Source: Vulcanisaeta distributa DSM 14429 (lineage in GTDB: Archaea; Thermoproteota; Thermoprotei; Thermoproteales; Thermocladiaceae). Taken from it: 32,000 nt of DNA. Of this stretch, positions 9,508-17,212 are shown in pieces. The notes beneath the pieces were generated by a model. It did not search any database. It had not been told where the DNA came from and saw only the letters and a list, made by a program, of their open reading frames with translations. Positions within the stretch are counted from its first letter, which is position 1, and each line of letters begins with the position of its first letter. The translations under genes were made by a program, and so were the position numbers. The DNA is taken from positions 2,070,001 through 2,102,000 of the forward strand of contig NC_014537.1 in the NCBI RefSeq assembly GCF_000148385.1, in the 5' to 3' direction.

Positions 9508-9743
9508 CTAAACACCAAGGAACATAAGTACAAAAGCACTTAAGAACCTTTTTAATTAATAGCGTGCCAAGATCCAAAATAATTACTAACATTGAGAATT
9601 GAGAGATATCACCATTAAAACCAGGTTAGTAACCTTAAAGTGACGAACCGTGCAGGGAATTACAATACGCCATTAATGAGTGTTAATATTTACGTGGGAC
9701 AATGCCAATAATTATCGCGCTTAACGAAGCTCATGCAGATAAA

Positions 9744-10403
9744 TTAATCCCCCTCAACAATGTAGTTAAGTATAACTTCCTGACCGCACTCGCATATATT
9801 AACGGATTTAAGCCTTAACCTAGGTCCCTCTATTGTTGTTGGGTATCCCTCGCCCTCTATGAATGATGTACCTGCTCCGAATACGTATGGCGATATCGTA
9901 AGCCTAATCTCGTCCACGAGCCCCTCCTTAATTAATTCCCAATTAAGGTGCCCACCACCCTCCACAAGGACCCTCTTAACGTTCTTCTCCATGAACAACC
10001 TCTCAAGGACGTCTTTAAGGTTAATGCGTTCCTTACCCATTACCCATACCTCAACGCTCATGTTCATTAATTGAGCGATTTTATTACGATCTGCTTGTTC
10101 CGTGGTGACTATTATTGTTGGTGCCTCCTTATTCGTGACCACCTTAGCCGTTAGTGGTATTCTCAATTTCCCATCAATAACAACCCTTATGGGGTTTCTA
10201 ATCGCCTTAACATACCTAGGCGTTAATGATGGGTCATCATTAATTACGGTATTAGCCCCAACCATTATCGCATCAACACTCGCCCTAACTTCGTGAAGCC
10301 TCCTGAGGTCGAAGGGGCAGGAAAGCCTCGAGTAACCGGTCTTACTGGCTATCCTACCGTCAATCGACGCCGCCGAGACTATAATGACGTAGGGCTTAGG
10401 CAT
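9744..10403 (-). CDS. arfC: 2,5-diamino-6-(ribosylamino)-4(3H)-pyrimidinone 5'-phosphate reductase (RibD C-terminal domain family; archaeal riboflavin pathway)
   Basis: SAASIDGRIA, VDAIMVGANTVINDDPSLT, VLVEGGGHLNWELIKEGLVDEIRLTISPYVFGAG are hallmark RibD_C/DHFR-like reductase motifs. Confidence 0.8.
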   Translation of the reverse strand: MPKPYVIIVSAASIDGRIASKTGYSRLSCPFDLRRLHEVRASVDAIMVGANTVINDDPSLTPRYVKAIRNPIRVVIDGKLRIPLTAKVVTNKEAPTIIVTTEQADRNKIAQLMNMSVEVWVMGKERINLKDVLERLFMEKNVKRVLVEGGGHLNWELIKEGLVDEIRLTISPYVFGAGTSFIEGEGYPTTIEGPRLRLKSVNICECGQEVILNYIVEGD

Positions 10404-10923
10404 TAGCTGGCTTCATCATTGAGAATAATTTTAACATTGCCAGCTTATACTCATCGGTAATGGGTATGGCAATGAGGTAACCGGTATAGAGACCATACAA
10501 AACCAGGGAACCCCTTGGCGCCAGGAGTACGGCGGGTATCGCGAGTAGGTCCTCCTCACCATCAACCTGTATGAGCACATGAATGCCATTAACCGCATCC
10601 CTCATTGCATCCCTCACGGCATTAATCACCTCAATACTCAGTGTGGCGGGTTTATTAACTATGTTAATGACCCTGTCAAAACCGACGGTCTCAACACCAC
10701 CCATGCCAATAGTCCTCCTGGTCTTCAGGTCCATGAAGGCTAGGTCGGGAACCCTCCAATACCTGATTGTGTTCATCGTAACAACATCACCAACTGTTAT
10801 AAGGAAGGAGTTCCCATACTCACTCCTTACCCTAATGATCGAATCAGGCGCCTCCTTACTAATCGCTATACCAAGTGGCCAAGCCATCATGGACCTAGCC
10901 CACTTGCTAACGAGTACATACAC
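10396..10923 (-). CDS. GTP-dependent dephospho-CoA kinase (DUF359 family)
   Basis: ITVGDVVTMNTIRYWRVPDLAFMDLKTRR matches the DUF359 core (GDvv...P.l.i.D.kt.R). The GTG start at 10923 sits about 27 nt from a TATA-like element. An alternative ATG lies at 10890. The gene overlaps the reductase gene by 8 nt. Confidence 0.7.
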   Translation of the reverse strand: MYVLVSKWARSMMAWPLGIAISKEAPDSIIRVRSEYGNSFLITVGDVVTMNTIRYWRVPDLAFMDLKTRRTIGMGGVETVGFDRVINIVNKPATLSIEVINAVRDAMRDAVNGIHVLIQVDGEEDLLAIPAVLLAPRGSLVLYGLYTGYLIAIPITDEYKLAMLKLFSMMKPANA

Positions 10924-10926
10924 AGC

Positions 10927-10955
10927 AATGGCTTATTAACAAGCCATTAATAAGG
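10927..10955. promoter_or_regulatory. Compact bidirectional promoter with a perfect 8-bp inverted repeat
   Basis: The 40-bp divergent intergenic region contains AATGGCTT-ATTAAC-AAGCCATT (10927-10948). CTTATTAAC (+) lies about 27 nt before the GTG at 10964. CCTTATTAATGG (-) lies about 27 nt before the GTG at 10923. Confidence 0.5.
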
Positions 10956-10963
10956 AGTATCGC

Positions 10964-11869
10964 GTGCTCGCATACATTGATTACCCTGAATGGCGGCGCC
11001 TAATCGAGGACTACACGACACTAGACAATTTACTAATGAAGAACATGAAGCAAGCCCTCTCACTAATTGTGATGGTTGGCGGCGGTTATGATGAGTCAAT
11101 CAATAGCGTATTCCTGAGGGTTTGGAATGGTTTGACGGGCAATGAGGGCTTCATCGAGGATGTTTACGCATTAGCTATTCAGTATAGGAGGGGGTTGATT
11201 AAGGAGGTGGATTTGGCGGGGGCGTTAATCGACTTGCTTAGTAAGAGGAGTTTTTCCCTGGTTGACCTCATAATGATGAATAACTACCTCAAGCTTATTA
11301 ATGACATTAACGTCCTGGACCTTGGCCTCGCCATATTCTATGAGAATCCCGAATCCATACTAGCTGGCGTTAGAGAACCCGCCGACCTAGTCCCAAATAA
11401 GCTGGTCAGTAGGGAGCTCACGATTGACCTGGAGGCTAGGTGCATGGTTGTTAAGAGGACGTTCTCCGTCCACTTGTCCAGGCAGTATGAGTCTAATGTA
11501 TACGTGGTTGATTGGTCCAATCCAGGTCTGATACCCTATAGTAAGTTTGTGATGCCTAGAGTTGAGGGCGTCGAGGTTTCAGACCCGGTATTCTCGGCCA
11601 TCGCCAGGTTTGGTGTTAAGGCTGTAAGTAGGGTTATTGGTAAGGACTTCATACTCACCTTACCAAAGCCCATGGATGTTAAGACGGACACTAATTACTG
11701 CGTTAGTAATGTCTTTGTCTCCTTACCACAGAGCATGGGACTTAGCGACTATCTCTCCCTGGTTAGTAAGTTGATGGGTATGGGACTTAACGTGCATAAA
11801 TCACCATTTACCCGCGTCGATGAGCTTATTGAGCACTGCCTATCGAGTCGTGAGCAGGAGGTGAAGTGA
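10964..11869 (+). CDS. Hypothetical protein (301 aa), no recognisable family
   Basis: This is a long ORF with protein-like composition and a GTG start placed correctly relative to a TATA-like element. I recognised no motifs. Confidence 0.55.
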   Translation: MLAYIDYPEWRRLIEDYTTLDNLLMKNMKQALSLIVMVGGGYDESINSVFLRVWNGLTGNEGFIEDVYALAIQYRRGLIKEVDLAGALIDLLSKRSFSLVDLIMMNNYLKLINDINVLDLGLAIFYENPESILAGVREPADLVPNKLVSRELTIDLEARCMVVKRTFSVHLSRQYESNVYVVDWSNPGLIPYSKFVMPRVEGVEVSDPVFSAIARFGVKAVSRVIGKDFILTLPKPMDVKTDTNYCVSNVFVSLPQSMGLSDYLSLVSKLMGMGLNVHKSPFTRVDELIEHCLSSREQEVK

Positions 11870-11945
11870 AAGTTTTGCCTAACTCTGTTACTCGCTATAC
11901 ACATGACTCTGGAAGTAATTTATTAATCGCAGAGAGAGTAATTAA

Positions 11946-12245
11946 GTGATGAGCAGATTCAGAAAACTTTCACTGACGAGGGTTAAGGGCTTAGTCATTG
12001 CAGTAGCCGTAATAAACGGTGAAAGGCACATTCTAATGAACAATGAGGCATATGAAGTGGTTAAGGAGGTGAATAGATTACTCGGGCTTAGAAGATGCTC
12101 AGTATGTGGTCGTTGGGTTAGGCCCGAGGATCTTGGTTACGTGGAAATAATGGGTAATAAAGTTACTAAGGCCGTGTGTCAGGAGTGCCTTGGGAGGGTT
12201 TATTCGGATATTGCTGAATTAATGGGTCAATGCCTCACTAAATAA
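11946..12245 (+). CDS. Small zinc-ribbon protein (hypothetical)
   Basis: There are two CxxC pairs (CSVCGRW ... CQEC) about 25 aa apart. TATA-like AATTTATTAAT lies about 25 nt upstream. The probable true start is ATG at 11949. Confidence 0.5.
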   Translation: MMSRFRKLSLTRVKGLVIAVAVINGERHILMNNEAYEVVKEVNRLLGLRRCSVCGRWVRPEDLGYVEIMGNKVTKAVCQECLGRVYSDIAELMGQCLTK

Positions 12246-12281
12246 TAAAATTCCTCCCTTTTTATAATCAAGGCCTATAAA

Positions 12282-13631
12282 ATGCCGTTGGCATCGGAGG
12301 CTTGGCTTGATAGGTTTGTTGGGATGAATTACTACGTAACGGACTGCGAGGGCATTGGTGGGAGGATTAAGGAGAGGCTTGAGGACTTCATAGTTGAGGA
12401 GGTGCTTATTGATGGGCAAGTAGTGCCTACCGGCATCACTGGTAAGCCCTTGCCTAAGATCGTTAGTAAGCCAGGCCCCTGGGTCTGGATGATAATTGAG
12501 AAGAGGGGTATTGATGCAATAACGTTGTCGTTGGTAATAAGTAGGAAGCTTGGTGTTAATTATCGTGACGTTAGCTTTGGTGGTCTTAAGGATGCGATAG
12601 CCGTTACATCGCAGGTGGTCTCTGTACGTGGAGTCTCAATCAATGAGGTACCCAATGACTTCGGTAGGGACATCAAGGTGCTTAATGCGGTGAGTATGGA
12701 TAGGGCATTCACGACGAGCGATATTTGGGGTAATGAATTCACAATAAAGGTTAGGAACATTGACGTTTCCAGGAAGGATAGCATTAATTGCGTAATTAAT
12801 CAATTGATGGAGAGGGGTTTACCCACGTACTACGGGTATCAAAGATTTGGCTTAAAGAGACCGAATTCTCACATTATAGGTAAGCACATTATCTTTGGTG
12901 AGTTTGAGGAGGCTGTAAATGAATTGCTGACCCATGCATATCCAATGGAACCTCCGAGGATAAGAGAAGTTAGGGAGTTCATTGCAAGAACTGGTGATTA
13001 CTCGAAGGCCCTTGAATTAATGCCCAGGAGCTACAGGTATTACCCTGAAAGGGCCGTACTTAAACAATTAGCCAGCAATCCTAGGGATTTCGTAAACGCC
13101 CTAAGGAAGTTACCCCATGAATTATTAAACCTCTACGTTGAATCCTACCAATCATACCTATTTAACCTAGCCCTAAGCGAGCGAATTGGTAGGGGCTTAC
13201 CAATAAATAAGGCGTTACCTGGTGATGCCGTTGCTCTGCTTGATGAGCATGGTCTACCAACTAAGCACGTGATTTATGTGAATGAGTCCATGGTTGATAA
13301 GGTTAATGAATTAATAATGAGGGGTCGGGCAGTCCCCGTCGGTCACCTAGTGGGTTATAACACTAAGCTTCCACCTGGTCTCCAAAGCGACATAGAGCTT
13401 GATGTGCTGAGGAGGGAGGGTGTAGACCTGTCAATGTTTATGGTTAAGTCAATACCGAAATTATCAATTAGAGGTGGTTATAGGCCATTATTTACCAAGC
13501 CTATCATCATCAGTACCAACTTAGCTAATGATGGGTTAAACATAGTCTTTAGACTACCCCGTGGTAATTATGCTACAGTATTTCTTAGGGAATTAATGAA
13601 AAGTAAGCATCCCGAAATCGATTTCACGTGA
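12282..13631 (+). CDS. truD: tRNA pseudouridine synthase TruD/Pus7 family (archaeal Psi13 synthase)
   Basis: DFIVEE at the N-terminus, the catalytic-Asp motif FGGLKDAIAVTSQ, YYGYQRFG and the RGNYATVFLRELM C-terminal region are TruD hallmarks. Confidence 0.85.
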   Translation: MPLASEAWLDRFVGMNYYVTDCEGIGGRIKERLEDFIVEEVLIDGQVVPTGITGKPLPKIVSKPGPWVWMIIEKRGIDAITLSLVISRKLGVNYRDVSFGGLKDAIAVTSQVVSVRGVSINEVPNDFGRDIKVLNAVSMDRAFTTSDIWGNEFTIKVRNIDVSRKDSINCVINQLMERGLPTYYGYQRFGLKRPNSHIIGKHIIFGEFEEAVNELLTHAYPMEPPRIREVREFIARTGDYSKALELMPRSYRYYPERAVLKQLASNPRDFVNALRKLPHELLNLYVESYQSYLFNLALSERIGRGLPINKALPGDAVALLDEHGLPTKHVIYVNESMVDKVNELIMRGRAVPVGHLVGYNTKLPPGLQSDIELDVLRREGVDLSMFMVKSIPKLSIRGGYRPLFTKPIIISTNLANDGLNIVFRLPRGNYATVFLRELMKSKHPEIDFT

Positions 13632-13689
13632 TTCCGGTCATATTTGTGACTGAGAAATGATATTAAAGGCAAAGTAATGACGTAACTGG

Positions 13690-14352
13690 ATGCAACCAAT
13701 ACTGCTGGGAATACTTGGGCTTGAGTACCAGGGATTTATGGAGTGCGAGACGAACTTCCTACTGTCACTAATGAACTCGATAGAGAGGGGCGTCACGGAG
13801 AATAAGAAGCCGCAGTACCCCGATAGGTCATGGTGGTCCGTGTTAATGATGGAGCCGGTGAAGGAGGTGCCAAACATAGACCCAATGCAGGCACCGCTCA
13901 TTAAGTTGACTAGGGCATCGCTAATAAACATACCAATTACTGACCCAACATACGGCAAGTACAGCATTAGGATGGATCAGGAAGTAGATCCAGCAACGGA
14001 GATAAACAATGTAATAAGCTTAATAATAGCCGAGGCCCAAACAAAGCCTGTAATAGCCTCAATCAATGCGCTTGACAGATTCTTACACTTAAAACCACAG
14101 ATGAAGTGCGAAATATATAATCAGCTCGATAAGGCGTTGAGGAGTCTAATCCTGAGAAGTAATATAACGCACATAATACTGTTCTCACCCTACGGAAACC
14201 CACAGGGACCCGAGGAGGGTAATCACTCGGATTACGGTGTCTACATAGCCACAGTAACAAGGCCCAGGCACGAGGATACCGTAAAGATCCACGAAATAGG
14301 TTACCTATTTAACCAGGCCGTTGAGGATGTAATGACCGGTCAGGGCCTTTGA
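13690..14352 (+). CDS. Hypothetical protein (220 aa)
   Basis: TATA-like GATATTAAAGG lies about 25 nt upstream of the ATG. The composition is protein-like. The antisense ORF 13638-13967 is low-complexity and probably spurious. No family is assigned. Confidence 0.5.
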   Translation: MQPILLGILGLEYQGFMECETNFLLSLMNSIERGVTENKKPQYPDRSWWSVLMMEPVKEVPNIDPMQAPLIKLTRASLINIPITDPTYGKYSIRMDQEVDPATEINNVISLIIAEAQTKPVIASINALDRFLHLKPQMKCEIYNQLDKALRSLILRSNITHIILFSPYGNPQGPEEGNHSDYGVYIATVTRPRHEDTVKIHEIGYLFNQAVEDVMTGQGL

Positions 14353-14420
14353 GTCCCTTAACCAATGATATATACGCGATATCAAAGCCAAAACTTAGTA
14401 ATAAAGAGACGGGTCACGAA

Positions 14421-14432
14421 AAGCTTAAAACT
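14421..14432 (+). promoter_or_regulatory. TATA-like box for the tRNA gene
   Basis: AAGCTTAAAACT is centred about 28 nt upstream of tRNA position 1 (14455). Confidence 0.45.
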
Positions 14433-14454
14433 CATGCAGTGCATCAATTACGTA

Positions 14455-14553
14455 GCCCCGGTAGCTCAGCCCGGTCGGAGCGCCCTGGGGCGGCAGCCCC
14501 GTGCAAGCCTCGTAAGCGGGAGGTCCCGGGTTCGAATCCCGGCCGGGGCTCCA
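14455..14553 (+). tRNA. tRNA-Thr (anticodon CGU) with a 21-nt non-canonical intron (14486-14506) between positions 29/30; 3' CCA is encoded
   Basis: I folded it by hand. The acceptor stem is GCCCCGG/CCGGGGC and the D stem is GCTC/GAGC. The T arm is CCGGG-TTCGAAT-CCCGG and the variable loop is AGGTC. The anticodon arm CCCGC-CTCGTAA-GCGGG forms only after removing TGGGGCGGCAGCCCCGTGCAA. The anticodon CGT is at 14511-14513. Confidence 0.9.
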
Positions 14554-15282
14554 ATGACGTATGCTCCTGGTCATTGTTTTAGTTTTCCATACAGGTTCAC
14601 GGTTTATTCATCCTCATTTTTCAGAGTGGGTTATTAGGCCATTGCTTAGCTAGTGCGTGGTCTCGTTTAAGATGTAAGATAGTGACAGGAAGTGTTAATG
14701 TGGTAAGTTCCTACGAAATATAGGGATATATCTACCATATGTAGGGTCGTGAATTATCCTTAATGTGAGATTCATAAGTAGTCTGAAGACTCTGTACGAA
14801 CTAATCATATATTCTGTAATGGATTGGTAATGCCAATAAGGAATTCACGAGAATGTATAGGAAACGTCAGGATCATGAGGATAAGAACTATTAGTAAGGT
14901 CTTTTTGAAGAAGTAACGGTTGGTTAGTGGTTTAGTTTTGGCAGCTTTGGATGCCTAGGTAATAGTTGGTCTCGTTTATTATGATGCCCATTGGGTATAA
15001 TTCCTGGGCGTTCGAGGCTTGTTGTGTGCCTGAGAATGTGACGTAGAACGGGCCGGTGTATGTAATAACTACGGTTATTAACAGTGCGAATTGATTATTG
15101 TAATATAAGTGTGGTGGGTGTTCGCGGCATAAATTACCAAGCCAATAATGACGAAGGCGCTAAACAGAATGGCGAGGAGTAGGTGGGCATTGATCTTTTA
15201 ATGTATGGGCATAAAGGCACCGCATTGCGTATTAAATTTCAAGATATATTTCTGGCTTTTCACGGTCATTTCATGGGTGCTT

Positions 15283-15292
15283 CCTTAAATAT
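15283..15292 (+). promoter_or_regulatory. TATA-like box for the secreted-protein gene
   Basis: CCTTAAATAT is centred about 26-29 nt upstream of the TTG/ATG start at 15314/15317. Confidence 0.45.
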
Positions 15293-15313
15293 GTCTGTTT
15301 CCTAAATTCAATT

Positions 15314-17212
15314 TTGATGAGGTCACTAGTATTCCTCGTCGCTGGAATCGCCCTATTGGTCATTATGGGTGTCTCCATTCTGCATGCTCAGGGCATTAGT
15401 TCCTCCGCTGGCGTTAATGGGAATGTTAGTGCAACAGGCCTTGTCACTTCTTACTATGTTCATTTAATTATTGCTGAGCGTTGGGTTGAGGCGTTGAATG
15501 CAAGTGGTATTAATTCAACGGCAGTTGTTGAGTTGATTAATGAGGCTAAGTACTACGCTAATACGGGTAATTACCTGGAGGCTATCGTCACGTTAAACAA
15601 TGCCGTTAACCTAGCCGCCCAGTTAATGAGTGCGCGCACTAATTCAACGCAGACTGTTATTAATAATTACGTTTCACTAACATCAGCCGTAAATAGTACT
15701 GTAATTAATAATTTGTTGAGTAACGAAACGATCGCCAACTTCACATTAAGGGCTTTATCAGCGTTGAGCAGGAGTAGTAATGCCTCATACTTAGTGAAAA
15801 TGGGTGTGGCAATACTTAGTAGTGAGGAGAGGTATTTATATCCGTACGTACCGCCTAATGCCCTCCTGGGCTTAAATACGGCGATTAATGTACTAAACAT
15901 GGCATATAATGAGTTAATGAGTGCTGGGCTTAACTCAACAATTAAACAACTGAGCATCATTAAGACTGAGATAATAACAATTTCATTATTGACACCTCCA
16001 AGCGTAAGGGCCCGCATGATACCGCAGGTGGTGATGCCTTATGTCGTATTATTAAGTGAGAATGTTTCGGGGACCCTCAATCAATTATCGATATTGCTAA
16101 ATACGACGATGCCCATGCCACAGCAACTTACTCAGTGCGTGGGTGAGGTTAATGAGACATTAGTACCGTTGATAAATGGGTCATTAAGTGAGCCTGAGGT
16201 GTACGCTAGGGCTAATGAGTTCGTTAATAATTACGTAACCTGTCTAGGGCAGGTTAGGATTCTTATCAATGAGGCAAATGCTACGCGAGTAGTAATTACG
16301 AGGTTTATCAACATAACCAGGGTATTAAATGGTTTTGGTTTGTCGAATTTAACACCGTACATACTCAACCAATACCTACAGTGCAGGTCTGAATTGATTA
16401 ACGCCTTCAATAATGGTAATACTACGTTGATAGGACAGGTACTAAGTCAGTGTGAATCGAGGGTCCAGGGCTATGAGGGAGAGGCTTACTACGCGGTTTG
16501 GGTCATGAATTTAACCAGGAATTATTTAACGTATGTGAACTCCACTATTTGGGGCTTAGCGAGGCAGCATGGAATTAGTGGTGCAACGCCCATGTTATGC
16601 TACGTGAGACTTAACAGTGATATAATGGGTAATATAACCTCAATACTCAGGGCGATGCTTAACGGGACGATAACACCGATGGAGGCTCAAGCCTTAATAA
16701 ATGAGTACTTAAAAAATGTCATTAACTCAACACCGTCATTGGCCGCCGGTTGTCTTGGAATAACCACGGCACCGCATATTTACGTGCCAATGGGTAATTG
16801 GGCAACGGCGGGGCCTAGCGTAAGTGGTGAGTTGTCGATGGGCTATAATGGAAATGCTGAATTGATAATAAATATAACGAACCCAACCCAAGAAAGCCTA
16901 TACATAAGTGGGTTCAGCATTGGGAGATTAACATGTACATTCTCGAATAACATTGAGGTAAATGCCGATTCCCAGGGAACCCTTAAATTGGGGCTCTCCA
17001 TCAGTGATGGCGTAATTACTGGAACGTCAAGCCTAAGTGGGTTGGGCGGTGTTGAGGTTTCGCAGGGAACGACGGTAAGTTGTACTGGGCGTTCAGTGAT
17101 TATGTACATGCCTGCACTGAGTGGTAGGCTTTATCTGAGTAATGGTTTATGGATACCATTCTTCATAATGATTAATGGCGGAACCAATACAATGATTAAT
17201 TATGGTTGGTAA
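15314..17212 (+). CDS. Secreted or cell-envelope protein, predicted to be heavily N-glycosylated (signal peptide, helical N-region, beta-rich C-terminal domain)
   Basis: There is an N-terminal hydrophobic signal/anchor (LVFLVAGIALLVIMGVSILHAQG). I counted 23 N-x-S/T sequons by hand and 8 Cys. The C-terminal ~130 aa has an alternating beta-strand-like pattern. The ATG at 15317 is the likely start. Confidence 0.7.
   Translation: MMRSLVFLVAGIALLVIMGVSILHAQGISSSAGVNGNVSATGLVTSYYVHLIIAERWVEALNASGINSTAVVELINEAKYYANTGNYLEAIVTLNNAVNLAAQLMSARTNSTQTVINNYVSLTSAVNSTVINNLLSNETIANFTLRALSALSRSSNASYLVKMGVAILSSEERYLYPYVPPNALLGLNTAINVLNMAYNELMSAGLNSTIKQLSIIKTEIITISLLTPPSVRARMIPQVVMPYVVLLSENVSGTLNQLSILLNTTMPMPQQLTQCVGEVNETLVPLINGSLSEPEVYARANEFVNNYVTCLGQVRILINEANATRVVITRFINITRVLNGFGLSNLTPYILNQYLQCRSELINAFNNGNTTLIGQVLSQCESRVQGYEGEAYYAVWVMNLTRNYLTYVNSTIWGLARQHGISGATPMLCYVRLNSDIMGNITSILRAMLNGTITPMEAQALINEYLKNVINSTPSLAAGCLGITTAPHIYVPMGNWATAGPSVSGELSMGYNGNAELIINITNPTQESLYISGFSIGRLTCTFSNNIEVNADSQGTLKLGLSISDGVITGTSSLSGLGGVEVSQGTTVSCTGRSVIMYMPALSGRLYLSNGLWIPFFIMINGGTNTMINYGW

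Noticed and set aside
14349-14637. Two overlapping plus-strand ORFs (77 and 90 aa) reported in the track.
   Set aside because: They run straight through the tRNA-Thr gene. Their Arg/Pro/Gly-rich translations reflect the GC-rich tRNA stems and are not coding sequence.
14981-15033. Possible C/D-box sRNA (ATGATGC ... CTGA, about 53 nt) in the ORF-free region.
   Set aside because: The C box is imperfect (the last base is C, not A). No recognisable internal D'/C' boxes sit at the expected spacing, and there is no terminal stem. Such matches are expected by chance.
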